Shown: positions 37,140 to 51,139 of the stretch, one piece after another | How the letters are laid out: each line of letters starts with the position of its first letter | Position numbering within the stretch: the first letter of the stretch is position 1 | Source of the DNA: Okamejei kenojei | Taxonomy: Eukaryota | Assembly (NCBI GenBank): GCA_035221665.1 | Contig: CM069139.1 | Span: 56,296,001 to 56,360,000, forward strand | DNA length: 64,000 nt | Direction: 5' to 3' | Translations under genes and position numbers: made by a program | The notes under the pieces: generated by a model | Databases searched by the model: none | What the model saw: only the letters and a program-made list of their open reading frames with translations | What the model was told of the DNA's origin: nothing

Positions 37140-39865
37140 GATTAAGCACATACATACATATATACATATAGCCCTCCCTCAGAGGACGTCAAGAAAGGCT
37201 TGAGAGTAAAGATGAGTTGACTTAAAGGAGTGGATGGAGGGGGCAGTTCTGATGGGAAGAGGGATGCTGTTCCACAGTCTAGGAGCTGCAACCGCAAAAG
37301 GCGCGGTTGCCCCTCAGCTTATGCTTAGACCGCGGGATGTTCAGTAACCCCAAGTCGGCCGATCTGAGGGACCTGGAGGTGGTGTGGTGGGTAAACAGAC
37401 TGATGTAGGTGGGGGCAAGCCCGTTAAGGACTTTGTAGACAAAAAGGAGGATCTTGAAATCTATTCGGAACCGCACAGGGAGCCAGTGGAGCGAGGCCAG
37501 GATCGGGGTGATGTGGTCCCTTTTTCGGGTGCCCGTCACGAGTCTCGCTGCGGCGTTTTGGACCAGTTGCAGGCGGGACAGGGAAGATTGGCTGATGCCA
37601 GTGTAGTGGGAGTTGCAGTAAGCTAGGCGGGAGGAGATAAATGTGTGGATGATCTTTTTGAGGTCATAAAACTGGAGGAATTGTTTAGCAATCATCCGAA
37701 GCTGGAAGAAGGTAGCTTTTACCACAGCATGGACTTGTTTGTCAAATTTCAATGCTGAGTCAAATATCACGCCAAGGCTTTTGACGTGAGGTTGGAGTAA
37801 TGGGGTAAGGCTTCTAAGGCTGCCTGCTATCATTTTGATTGAGTCCGAGGGGCCGAGAAGGATGACCTCAGACTTACTCTCATTTAGTTGGAGGAAGTTC
37901 TAGGCCATCCAACACTTTATATCCTCGAGGTAGTGGATAAGGTTAAGTGGATTTGATCGGTTGTTGGGCTTCAGAGGGAGATAGAGTTGTGCATCGTCTG
38001 CATAGCAATGGAAGGAAATGTCATCCCCGTACCGGAGACGGTCAATTAGGATGGTGTGGTCGACAGCATCAAATGCTGCGCTGAGGTTGATAAGGAGCAG
38101 GATTGCACAGTCGCTGGAGTCAACGTTGAGCAGTAGGTCATTATGTACCTTCAACAAGGCAGGCTCTGTGCTGTTGTGGGCCCTGAAACCTGATTGGAAA
38201 GTTTCCAAGATACTATTTTGGTGAAGGTAAGGCATAAGTTGACTTAAAATTACCTTTTCAAGGGCTTTTGAAAGGAAAGGCAGTTTTGAAATGGGTCTGT
38301 AGTTGCTTGGCAAGGTGGGGTCGAGGTTAGGTATTTTCAGGAGGGGCTGGACCACCGCGTGCTTGAAGCAGGTAGGAACAGTGCCAGTGGCCAGAGAACT
38401 GTTGAACATGGCGAGGATGCTGGGACTGGCTACTGTAATGACATCCTTTAAAAGGGCAGAGGGGACAATGTCGAGGGGGCAGGTAGTAGGTTTCATGGTA
38501 GTGACCAGTTTTACAAGGAAGGGTAGAGTAACGGGTTAGAATCAGTCTAATTTTGAAGAACAGACCAATGAGACAGCCAAGTCACGGATGGGAGGGGAAA
38601 TATTCGTTCTGATGTTCTTTACTTTGCTGGTGAAAAATGTAGTAAATTCCTTGCACTTAGCAGGGGACCCAGTTAAGCTGGTGCTGGGGGCAGGACATAT
38701 GATGGAGGTGATGGTGCTAAAAAGGATCTTGGAGTTATGAGTAGCAATGTTACAAAATTTTGAGATTTTAAAAATCAAGTCTGCAATTTATCCCATCAGA
38801 TAAAGCATAAAATAAGTTTAATTTGACACCTAATTTACTTTCATATCTTCAGTATTAAAAAAGTTATGGCCATTTTCATACTCGGAAATTAGCAACTTGT
38901 TCCCCATTGCCTTTCCATTGACTTAACTCAAAAGCTGTGATCTAGGACAGTCAAAAGCCCATAACTTTCTTAAAAATTAAGACCTCAATGAAAATTTCAG
39001 TTATTATAGATCGAAGCATTCTGAAACAAATATGAAACAATCTTACTTGGATGACCTGAAATTAAAGCATATAATTAGTTAGTTAACTAATTGTAGCTAA
39101 TTACAAAATTCAATTACTAGATCTAAACATCTATCCATTTCTTAAGAAAAGATAAACATTTTTAAATTGCCTAAGTGTCCAAATAACATTCACACAATAA
39201 TTCACAATATAAAATGATTTTAAAATTTCATTTTCATGAATTTATAGGCCAAATGGAAGGAATTTAGTGTTTAATTCCTGTAAATTAATGGCCATTTAAA
39301 TCAACTTGCGAGTGAGTTTTAATGGAATGCGGTGGATTAGAACGTTGCAGTTTGCGGTGAAGTCGTTAGGAAAAACACTGCCGATTTGTACATTTTTTTG
39401 TCCCCATTTTGCAACATGAAAATGTGATTAAAGGCTTCCTATAAACCACGTTTTAATGTAAAAATAAACTGTGTACATTTTTTTCTCCTCTACGTAAAAT
39501 CCTTCCCGTTGTCGGCGCTCACGGCTTTAGAAGATGATTTTTAAATTACTCTAGCTAATAAATAATCTAGCGTAATTTAAAAATACCTTCATGAATGAAA
39601 TGTCGGAGCGATTTTTCTTCAGCAACAAAATCCCCTGACATGGATTGATTTGCCCTGTCTGTGGAAAAACGGCACTTTAAACACCCCCCTCCCCCCTGAA
39701 AGGCGGCAAAGTCACGCACACGGGGAGTGGCAGAAGTGCAGCGCCGCTCAAAGTAAGTTTTGTAACATACTTATTATGAGCGTTTTTGGAAATAAGGGTG
39801 GAAAAGTATTTTGTTCTTGCAGATTTTACTGCTTCCTGGTACTTGTGAAGATTGTTTTTCAGGAG
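37140..39865 (-). mobile_element. L2-type LINE 3' half, interrupted by a DNA transposon
   Basis: ORFs 37279-37833 (LQLVQNAAARL, LHWLPV), 37900-38496 (NYRPISKLPFLSK, FQSGFR, LSAAFD, YADD), 38542-38778. The frame resumes at 39774-39865. Confidence 0.9.
38742..39773. mobile_element. ~1.03-kb AT-rich non-autonomous DNA transposon
   Basis: 16-bp imperfect TIR TAGCAATGTTACAAAA/TTTTGTAACATACTTA and 7-bp duplication TTATGAG (38735-38741 and 39774-39780). Confidence 0.8.
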
Positions 39866-40999
39866 TTCAATGATTGGGATGAGGGGTTTGAAGGCTTTGT
39901 GGCCAAGTTTGCCGATGATATGTGTAAACAGCTGTACAGACACAGTCTGGTGTTCAAGTCAGCTTTAATCATCAGTCATGGTGGTACAATACAATACGTT
40001 GTTAGTTCATCTCTACCAGCGGTGTAACTACGTAATATGGGAAGTGAGTGTTAAGGTAAAGTGTTCAGTAAGGTGGAGCTAGTGTTAGTACATTACTCGG
40101 ATTGGTGCACATGCACTAACCAATCTACATCCTTCCCTGTAGAGAAAAGATTTGTTAAACAGTTATTAAAACACATGCAGTTAAACATAATCACCATACC
40201 TGTCGGGCGGTCTACTAACCCGACCCGAACGCGTACGGACAAACCCTTCCCCCTCCATTCCGGAAAAGTTAGTAGGGCTGGGTGGTGGAGAACCGAAGAA
40301 GGGGAACGCAGCCGGGGAGCCGGGAGAGGAGCGGTGGGGCGAGCATGCAGGACTAGGGGCACTGGGGGATGAGGGAACTGAATGACGCGGCAAATACATG
40401 CTGGGGTCAGGGGGTCTGGGACGAGCAACAGCAGCAGGTGTCTTGAAAACCAATGGCGGCGCGTAAGGACCGGGAGGAGATGATCGCGGTTCGTTCACAG
40501 GCAGAAGATGTTGACGGCTTCGCCGATAGAGAACACCATCGATGTTGACGAGGTAGGAACGAGGTTCCTTGGCTGGCCCCTCAACGAAACCCAGTCGGGT
40601 ATGTCCAACTGCAGTCTGCAGGCGAACCACATTGCCTTGCAGTAACCGTTTAAGTGGTCTGCTTGACTTTTCATAGGAGCGCTTCTGGACATCATGTTTC
40701 TCCTGAATGTCTCTGGGCGGGAGAGCCTAGAACACCATCCCTGGAAATGTTTCTCAGGTTTAACAGATCCAGGTAGACATCGGAATTGGCAAGATGCGAA
40801 CGGTCCATTAACTGTTTCGCTCTCCTGACAGCACGCTCAGCGAGGGCATTGGATTGAGAGTATTCGGGGCTGCTGGTAACATGCGGAAAGTTCCAAACTC
40901 TGGCAAAGTTTTTAAATGCCTGACTGGTGAACTGTCTCCTGTTGTCAGTTTGCAGTCGAACTGGTACGCCGTGTACAGATAAATGTCTCTGAAGCTTCT

Positions 41000-43549
41000 T
41001 TTTTTCTTTTTTTTTCTTTTTATTAGAAATAATGTACATTACAGTAGTATAAACCAAAACTAACATAATACCTTTAACTTTAATAATAGGAAAGTAACAG
41101 AAAAAAAGAAGAAAAATAGAGAAAGTTAGATAAGATAGTAAGTGCGTGAAAAAATGAAAAGGAAGAGCCCGTAGAGACGTAGAATGCGAGAAAGAATTAA
41201 AAAAAATTAAAAAGGAAAGAGAAAAATAGAAAAAAGAAAATATAAGAAAATAAGATAAGATAAAAGGGATGTACCTACTTCATATCTTTACACACCCCTC
41301 ACCAGGTCCTGAAACCGTTTATTTTCAAAGTTGTTGCACCCTATGCTTGTAATAAGTCGATAAATGGAGACCAAATCCTTTGGAATTGGTCTGATTTGCC
41401 TGCTAGGACGAATCTCATATCTTCGAGGTGTAACATTTCGGACATATTTGAAATCCACATTTTCACCGTTGGTGTGGGAGCGTTTTTCCAGAATTTAAGT
41501 ATGAGTTTTTTTGCCATTATTAAGCCATAATTCAAGTATCAAGTATCAAGTATCCTTTATTGTCATTCAGACCTTTTGGTCTGAACGAAATTTCATGTCT
41601 TGCAGTCATAACACAGAATAAAACAACAAAACACACAATAAACACAATTTAACATCCACCACAGTGAGTCCACCAGGTCCTCCTCACTGTGATGGAAGGC
41701 AAAAAGTCTTAAGTCCTTGTCTCTTCCCTCCTTTTTCTCCCTCTGCGCTGAGGCGATCCAGGCCTCCGATGTTGTGACCCCACCGGGTGATGGTAAGTAA
41801 GTCCCGCAGCTGAATCAGAATGGGCCGGTTCAAACACCGCGACCCGGGGCGGTCTAAGCTGCTGAAGCTGCTGCCCTCCAATCCAGCAGATGAAGCTGTT
41901 GTTGCGGGAGCTCCGCAAAAACAGGTCATCAACCTGTGACCTGCGAGCTCCCGACGATGTCGTCCACTGGCCCGCGCCGAGCCTCCGGGGCTCCGAAGTC
42001 GGGTCGCAACGCCGCCACAGCCCCGAAGTCGGCCAGTTGGTAAGTCCTGGCTGGCTCTGCCTCCGGAGCCTCAAGATCGGTCCCAGTTGGAGGCCGCCAG
42101 CTCCGCGATAGGCCTCAGCGCAGACGGAGACGGAGACGGGGGATATGGCAAGAAAGGTCGCATCCCCCCGAAGGAAGAGACCTAAAAACATGTTTCTCCC
42201 ATCCTCCCCCCACACATACACAACCCAATAAACTAAAATTAACTAAAACTGGACAAAAAAAAAACAAAAAAAAGAGAAAAATCAGACGGACTGCAGGCGA
42301 GCCACTGCTGCTAGGGCAGCGCAGCCACTTCCGGATAATAATCCTATAATTAAGGAAACTCTTTTGGAACAAAGTCAGCTCAAAGCCGACTTCCATTGTT
42401 CCAAAAATAATCAATTCTGCGTTCGGTTTCAATTTTATTTTAAATAATTTTGCAAAAATTTCAAAGATTTCATTCCAAAATATTTGGATTTTTATGCAAA
42501 AAACAAAGGGATGTGCTATAGTTGCTTCTTGAGATAGACATTTATCACAAATGGGGGAAACATTTGGAAAGATTTTATTTATTTTAGTTTTCGAATAATA
42601 TAATCTGTGTAGGATTTTAAATTGGATTTAAATTGGATTAGAATTACATTGATCAAGCATTTATGCACATATAGCAAGTGTTTATCCCAACTCTCTTTTG
42701 AGATTTTTATAGCTAGTTCTTGTACCCAATCTCTTCTAATGCTATCGGATGATGGTATTTCTATATTTAGGATGATATTATACAAGTGTGATATTAAATT
42801 AGTTGAGTCCGCCTTTCTATTCATAGCTTTGTCTAATAAGTCTGGAGTCCAATTTTGGTATTCTTCTGTATATTTTTTCAAATATTCACGGATTCACGGA
42901 TTTGAAATTATTTAAAATATTGATTACTTCTCAGATTGTATTTAAGTTGTAGTTGTTGGAATGATAAAACATTTCCATTTTCATACATGTCTCCAAATGT
43001 TTTAATTCCTATTCTTTCCCAATGTGTAAATGATTTATCAATAGTGGATGGTTTAAACGACGGATTATTAACTATGAGGGAGAGAAGCGATAGATTTCTT
43101 AATTTAAGGGTTAATTTTATTTGTTTCCAAATTCTAATAGTACTGCGAATAATTGGATTTTTACTGTATATTGTATTATTCAGTTTTATTGGTGAGAGAA
43201 GGATCGCTCCTATATTAAAAGGGGAACAATCCTCTCTCTCCATTACTATCCAATCCACCCATTGGGCAGAATTGTCCAACAGGTGAATCAAATTTTTGAC
43301 ATTTGCTGCCCAATAATAATACAAAAAATTAGGGAGTGTTAATCCGCCAAATTCTTTAGGTTTGCACAAATGTCTTCTTTCCAAAATTTAATCAGAGCGT
43401 TTAATTTAGTAAGTAGGGGCATATCATTTGCATTAAATAAAGATTTATATTTTCTGGTGATTTCGATTCCCAAGTATTTAAATTTTTCTGTAGAAATTTT
43501 AAAAGGGAATTTTAACAGGTGTGTCGAGTCTTGTTAACAGGTGTGTCGA
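41000..43549 (-). mobile_element. 5'-truncated L1/Tx1-type LINE inserted in the Gypsy integrase
   Basis: 15-bp TSD GTCTCTGAAGCTTCT (40985-40999 and 43550-43564), A-rich tail, ORF2 C-terminal remnants (GGLTLPNFLYYYWA; Cys-rich CDKC...H...C at ~42490-42550). Confidence 0.9.
41535..42335 (-). mobile_element. Unclassified non-autonomous retroelement nested in the L1/Tx1
   Basis: (CAAGTAT)3 tail next to TTTATT, GC-rich body. The L1 frame (SFLNY / NYGLIMAKK) is interrupted here. Confidence 0.55.
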
Positions 43550-46500
43550 GTCTCTGAAGCTTCTGTATAACCATTTCAGATGTAATGGTAGGCAGCAGAT
43601 CAAGTTCAAACCAATTGGAGTAAGAAATGGACCAGAACTAGGTAGTGTTTACCATGCCATTCAAAAATATTCGCAGGATGACCAAGGTAGTTCTGGAGCG
43701 GGTTGTTGCAGGAGAGGATGTTTCTGTTGGTGGGGTGCCAAGCTGTTGCAAATGGAGCAGGATGCCATTTTTTCACATATGTACTTGGTCATACCTGGCC
43801 AATAAAACATGCTTTTGGCACGGGCAAGCGGAGCCTCAGTACAAGGGTGGCCGCAGTGGGCATTTTTGTAGTATTCATCGTGCAGGGATGAGGGAATCAC
43901 AACTTTGTGACCCTTGACAATGATCCCGTCTTGCATCACCAGCTCATCGCGAACTAAGAAGAATAGCTGTATTGCTATACTTCTTAGTATAGGTGTAGAA
44001 TAGGTGTATTGGATTGTTTTGTGGGCCAACCACTCTTGATAATGGAGGAGAGCAGCTGTAGCGTTCTGTCAGCAGCTGTGTGTTCCACAAGGCAACGCAG
44101 TCGTTCCGTGGGAATGAAGTCGACTTTAAGCACAGCAAGCTCATCGCACTCAAAGGGATGTTGTTCACAGGACGCTCGTGGCACTCGAGAGAGAGTGTCG
44201 ACGATGACCATATCTTTGCCTTTTTTGTAAACAATTTGGAAATCACAACGCTGGAGCTGCATCACCATGCGCTGCAAACATGCGGGCGCTGCGTGAATAG
44301 GCTTGTTCAGGATGGTGACCAGGGGCTGGTGGTCAGTTTCGATTGTAATAGTTTTCCCGAAGATAAAGTCTCTAAACTTGGAACATGCAAAAACGTCAGC
44401 TAGCAGCTCCTTTCCAATTTGGGCATAGCGCTGCTCAGTCTCTGTCATGGTGCGAGAAGCGTATGATACAGGTAGCACGGTGCCATCAGGTGTTTGCAGG
44501 CAGGTTGTATTGCGAGGCATGACAGGTGATGGTGACTGGCAGCCTGAGGTCGAAATACATCAAGGTGGGGGCGCTGGCCAGCTGAAGTTTTAAAGAGTCG
44601 AACACTTGTTGGTGTTGCTGGTACCAGGTCCAAGCAGTGTCCTTGTGGGTGAGCTGTCTCAGTGGTGAGATAAGTTTCACTGAGGTTGGGTATGAACTTG
44701 CCCAGATAGTAACCCAGGAAACGCTGAAGGCTGTGGACGTCTGTGGGAGCAGGTAGTCCATTGATGGCTGCAGTCTTCTTAGGGTCCGGCTTTAAACGTT
44801 CGCTTGTGAACACATGTCCGACGTAGGTAACCTCTGAGACGTGAAACTTGCACTTCATGGGGTTGAACTTTAGGTTGATCTCACGTGAATCTTTTTAAAA
44901 TTAGAACTGTGCTCTGCTAGGTCAAGGCCGTACACCAGAATGTCATCAACAATGATAGCCTGCAAACAGCTGTTCCATAGTTCTGTGAAAGACCTCGCTG
45001 GCCGAGTTAATTCCAAATGGCATTCTAAGGAACTTGAATCTGCCAAATGGTGTGGCAAATGTAGTGAGGTTTGAGGACGCGTCATCTAGAGGTATCTGCC
45101 AAAACGAGCTTTTGGCATCTAGTACTGAGAACACTGTTGCACGACCGATTTGAGCTGCAACATCTTCGATGGTTCTCATCGGGTAGTGCGGACGTTTAAT
45201 ACCCGTGTTCGGGTCTCTTGGGTTAATGTACACACGGAGCTCGTCTTTATCTTTCTTTTTTTTAACGACCATGGTAGAGACCCAGTCTGTGGGTTCACTT
45301 ATTTCAGCGAGTACCCCCATGGATACCATGTGTCCCAGTTCGGCTTGAATTCTGTCACGCATAGCATGCGGTACGCGGTGAGGTGCACGTACTGCTGGAA
45401 CAACAGTGGGGTCAATAGTGATTGTGTAAGTCATTGGCAACTTGCCCAGTTTGTCATCGAACAAATCCTGATATAGGGACAGTAGTTGTTGTGTCATATA
45501 GGCATAGCTTGTGGACAGCGCGTCCGAAGGACACTAAACCCAGGTCATGGCACGCATGGATTCCCAGCAAAGTTTCAGAGTTCGATTTTACAACATAGAA
45601 AATCAGGTTTTTAGTGACAGTGTCCACAACACACTTTAAATCAGCTTTCCAAGGGAGCAGAACCTCCCTCCCGTAGGCGTGCAAGGTAGAGGCATCCGTA
45701 GTCAAGGTCTCATTATTTCTTATCTTGTTATAGACCTTCAGTGACATTACGTTCACGCGCGCTCCCGTGTCGACTTTAGCAGTAACAGCCTTGTTATTGA
45801 TGTGCACGGTAACAACAGGGTCCAAGGACTTACCAGATGTGCATAGGAGAGTGTGAACACCAGAACTATCGTATGAGATAATTGATTCATTCTCATGGGC
45901 AGCTTCGAACTGTTCATGGGAGTTGGAGACTGTTGGGTCTTGCTGGAGCAGTAGATTAGACTTTGAATTTGCACTGTGGTTCCCACGTGAACAACAGCAT
46001 GCAGCAAAATGATTCATTTTCTTACAGTAATTGCAGGATTTGCCGTTTGCTGGGCAAAACTGACGACCTCTATTATCGAAATACTTGCAGTTAGCACACC
46101 TCTGCGGTGGTTCATTCACAAATCTTTTAGTGGGAGCTGGCGCAGTGCGTTTAACGAAACTGGTCAGATTAACATCCTTTTTCTGAGTGTCAAGCTGATC
46201 ACCCAGTGGGGCTACAACCTCCGACATATGGCAAGCATGCACAGCCTTTTCAAGAGTCAGGTCAGCATTTCGGAGTAGCTCTGTTTTGAGCTTCCGATCA
46301 CACATGCCGCTAACGATTTTGTCACGTCTGATCTCATTCGCTATCTCACCAAAGCGACATCTCGGGGCCATAAACTTCAAATCACAGATGAAACATTCCA
46401 CAGGTTCATCAGGATGCTGTTGGCGTGCAAAGAACTTTGCTCTCTCCAGAATGCGGTTCGATGGCAGGTCACATTGCTCACGGAATTTACGTAGCAGCAC

Positions 46501-47048
46501 ATTAGGGTTGCGCATCGTCTCAGCTGGGACCACCACCAGGCCATTCCCATCGAGCACAGGCGGTGCAAAGTCGAAGGTTTGCGTGAGAATCACAGCCTCG
46601 GGTCCAGCCAGGTTGAGCAGGAGCGATGCCTTGACTTCATCTGGATCGTTACGATGGACGATATTGATGTAGTGCTCATAGTCAATTTCAAAGAGCCTCC
46701 ATCGCTCACCTACGTCTGCATCAAAGATGAGCTGGGTTGGCTTGCGACACGAGTGAGCCATCATAGTAAAAGATCGAAACTAACAAAAAGCAAATAAAAC
46801 CCAACAGACGCATTGGGTTATTTCCAGCTAGTCTGAAACCATGTAAACAGCTGTACAGACACAGTCTGGTGTTCAAGTCAGCTTTAATCATCAGTCATGG
46901 TGGTACAATACAATTTGTTGTTAGTTCACCTCTACCACTGGTGTAACTAAGTTATATGGGAAGTGAGTGTTAATATAAAGTGTACAGTGAGGTGGAGCTA
47001 GTGTTAGTACATTACTCTGATTGGTGCACATGCACTAACCAATCTACA

Positions 47049-47980
47049 ATATGAAAATAGGTGGAGGGATAGGTAGTTAGAGTAAGCAGGGATAGACACA
47101 AAAAGCTGGAGTAACTCAGCGGGACAGGCAGCATCTCTGGAGAGAGGAATGGGTGATGTTTCGGGTCAATACCCTTCTTCGAGCAGGGACTCTGCAGAAG
47201 GACTTGGATTGGTTGGGAGAGAGGGCAGAGAAGTGGCAGATGGAATATAGTGTGGCAAATTGTGGAGTCGTGCATTTTGGTAGTAGGAATAAAGGCGGGA
47301 CTATTTTCTAAATGGGGAGAGAATCCAGAAATCGGAGGTGTAAAGAGTGCTGGAGCAGGATTCCCAAAAAGTTAATTTGCAAGTCGAATTGGTAGTAAGG
47401 AAGGCAAACGCAATGCTAGCATTTATTTCGAGAGGACTAGAATACAAAAACTGGGATGTAATGCCGAGGGTCTATAAGGCACTGGTCAGGCCGCATTTGG
47501 AGTAATGTGAGCAATTTTGGGCACCATTTCTGAGGAAAGATGTGCTGCCTCCTGAGAGGGTCCAGAGGAGGTTTACAGTGATTGGGTTTGCATATGATGA
47601 GCGTTTGACGGCATTGGGCCTGTACTCGCTGCAATTTAGAAGGATGAGGGAGGACCTCATTGAAACTTACCAAATCAAATAGTGAAAAGCTTGGATAGAG
47701 TGGATGTGGGGAAGATGTTTCCATTCGTGGGAGAGTCTAGGACCAGAGGTCATAGCCTCAGAATTAGATGTTTTGTTCCGAAGGAGATGAGGAAGAATTT
47801 CTTTAGTCAGAGGGTGGTGAATCTGTGGAATGTTTTGCCACAGAAGACTGAGGAGGCCATCAATGGATATTTTTAAGATGGAGATAGATAGATTCTTCAT
47901 TCATACAGATGTCACGGGTTATGGAGAAAAGGCAGGAGAATGGGGTTAGGAGGGAGAGATAGATCAGCCATGATTGATGG
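47049..47980 (+). mobile_element. CR1 3' part (continuation of 39868-39922), with a Penelope-terminus insert at ~47090-47180
   Basis: KFADD coded at 39905-39920 continues into AAAATAGGTGGAGG after the LTR. Confidence 0.85.
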
Positions 47981-48159
47981 GCGAAATGATACCCACGGCA
48001 AATGATACCATGTTTAAACTGCCACTGAAAGACAATGGTAACTTGACATGGTGGCTTCATTTAAATTTACTTAAAGCACTACATCATGTTGGAAAATTCA
48101 ATGGAATGCTATTAGGTCAATTTAGATTAGTTCAAAAATTTGATTTCCTCATTTAACAA

Positions 48160-48942
48160 AAATGTATGCCTTTGCTCTACTCCCTCTATACCCATGACTG
48201 TAGACGGACACAGTGTGAACATCTTCAAGTTCGCAAGCAACATCTCCATTGTTGGATGATGATGTCAGAGTATAGAAGGAAGATCGATCGACTGACCAAA
48301 TGGTGGCAGCACAACAACCTGGCTCTCAATGTCTGTAAGACCAGGGAACTGATTGTGGACTGGAAGAGGAAGGATGAAGACCCACAATCCTGTCTTTATA
48401 GACAAACGATGGTGGAGAGAGTCAAAAGCTTCAAATTCCTGGGCGTGTATATCGTTGCAGATCGTTCCTGAACCCAGCCCATGAATATTATTATAAAGCT
48501 AGCTCATCAATTACTCTACTTCCTGAGAAGATGGTGGAGATTTGGTATTTCAGAGAGTACTCTCTTGAACTTCTACAGGTGTACAGAAGAGAGCATATTG
48601 ATAGGTTGCATCACAGCCTGCTTCAGCTACTTGAAAGCCCATGAGCGAAGAAGGATGCACGAAGTGGTCAAGTCTGCCGATTCCTTCATGGATTCTGACC
48701 TCCCCACCATTGAAGGGATTTACCGGAGTCGCTGCCTCAAAAAGGAGCCAGCATCATCAGAGACCCACACCACCCTGGCTACTGAAAGGCAACCAGCATC
48801 ATCAGAGGCCCACACCACCCTGGCCATAGGTTTATTATACTGTTTACAGAGTACTATGTTTACATATTCTGTTGTGCTGTTGCAAGTAAGAATTTCATTA
48901 TTCTGTACGGAACATATGACAATAAAGCACTCTTGACTTGAC
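48160..48942 (+). mobile_element. Rex1/Babar-like non-LTR retrotransposon 3' fragment
   Basis: PLLYSLYTHDC, LNVCKTRELIVD, VERVKSFKFLGV, LYFLRR; ends AATAAAGCACTCTTGACTTGA. Confidence 0.7.
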
Positions 48943-49814
48943 CTGCTAATTTCAGAGAGAATTTGAAATATTTGATTTGCTCTTTAAATGGATATTTATA
49001 TTTTTGTTAATTTCTAAAGGGAACATTTCACATTAATTCTGCACAATTTGGGGGTATTTTATTTTACTCCTCTTCAATGGCTTCAAATGATCACAGTATC
49101 TGTTACGACTTTGTGTGCAACATATCAATGCCCCATTTTACTGCATTTATTTGTGCTCACAGATACATTTAAACTTTTATACTTCAGAAACAACTACATA
49201 AATACTGGAAATATTCAGTAGGTCAGGCAGTATTTATGCAGAGACAGCGAGAAAAGCTGAGTCAATCTCGGTTTCATGAAACATTAATCATTTCTCTTGT
49301 CTGGGCTGCTGCTAACCTGCTGAAAATTTTCCACATTTTCTTTCTTAGTTTAATATTTTTGTTTTTTTTAATTTTGCATCAGCAACATTATATGGCTTCT
49401 TGGCTTTTACAGTAAGGTTAAATGAAGTTACTTTCACCTATTCACCATCACCAGTTGTCTGAAGAAGGGTCTCGACCCAAAACATCACCTGTCCATGTTC
49501 TCTAGAAATGTCGCTTTACCTGCTGATTTACTCCAGCATTTTGTGTTCCTTTTGTGTATTAACCAGCATCTGCAGTTCTTTGTTTCTACCTATTCACCTA
49601 GGAACAATTTTGCATTGGAGAATGCTTCCATACTGGTAGATATATATGTGTGCAGAACTCTTAATGGAAATTATTTAAAAATTGAACAAGTTTTGAAAGT
49701 AGTTATGGGAGGCCTTTTCAAGGGGGGGGGCGATTATATTTTTCATGCATGTAATCCCCATAACTTAAACCCCAAATCAAGACTTTAATCATAAATTGCA
49801 AGTCCCGGTCTTGT

Positions 49815-49820
49815 TTTATT
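49815..49820 (-). terminator. actc1: actc1 polyadenylation signal (AATAAA)
   Basis: AATAAA on the minus strand ~170 nt after the stop codon. Confidence 0.75.
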
Positions 49821-49989
49821 CATAGATCAATAAATATTATTGTCACAAATAAATTGCACATGTGTAAACAAACTGTACAATGCAAATAGTTTTAAAACTA
49901 TTTTGTGTTTCCCAATGGCCTGTTGATTCAAAGTAACCAGAGGCACAACCTTGTTAACCTGAGATGAAACTAAGTTAAAGTCATGATGT

Positions 49990-50184
<195 letters not shown>

Positions 50185-50259
50185 TCACCGCATGAACACT
50201 TCCAAAATCTGAAAGTTCACAGTAATAGTATTTTGCACAATGCCGTTCAGCTTGGTTTA

Positions 50260-50590
50260 GTTTAGCTTGGTTTAATTTAATTTTGTTTAGTTTAATTTAG
50301 TTTAGTTTAGAGATACAGTGTAGAAACAGGCCCTTCGGCCCACCGAGTCCACGCAGACCAGCGATCACCCATATACTAGTTCTATCCGATGCACGAGGGA
50401 CAAATTACAGAAGCCAATTAACCTACAACCTGCATGTCTTGGGACTGTATGAGGAAATCGGAACACCCGGCGAAATCCCACGTGGTCACATGGAGAATGT
50501 GCACACACCATACAGACAGCACCCGTAGTCAGGATCAAACCCGTGTCTCTGGCGCTGTAAGGCTGCAACTCCACTGTTGTTCCACCCTGC
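50260..50590 (-). mobile_element. HE1/V-SINE-like SINE in the last actc1 intron
   Basis: Family match with (TTTAG)n tail. Confidence 0.8.
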
Positions 50591-50896
50591 CAACCCTTAA
50601 TGAAGTGTTGTAGAGAATTATGACTCATGAATAAATGCTTTCAAATTATTGTGCGTTGTCCCATCTGCTCTGGTATACTGAGCGGGTGGTGCCCTTTATC
50701 ATGTATCTGCACACTGTGGATGGCTCGATTGTAATCATGTATTGTCTTTCCGCTGACTGGTAATCACAAAGCAAAAGCTTTTCACTGTACCTCGGAACAC
50801 GTGACAATAAACTAAACTTCAAACTTATCTCTTGCAGTCGTCATAATGTGTAGATTTTGCTTATATGAATTGTACGTGGATTTAAGTTTGCATTCA

Positions 50897-51139
<243 letters not shown>

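Larger units (their letters stand above)
39923..47048 (-). mobile_element. Full-length decayed Gypsy/Ty3 LTR retrotransposon inserted in a CR1
   Basis: 207-bp LTRs (39923-40129 and 46842-47048, TG...CA), 5-bp TSD ATATG, PBS TGGTTTCAGA left of 46842, PPT AGGGAAGGA next to 40129. Gag/protease ORF 45454-46764 (CNYC...H...C, VDTGA), RT (IVDDIL), RNaseH and integrase remnants. Confidence 0.95.
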
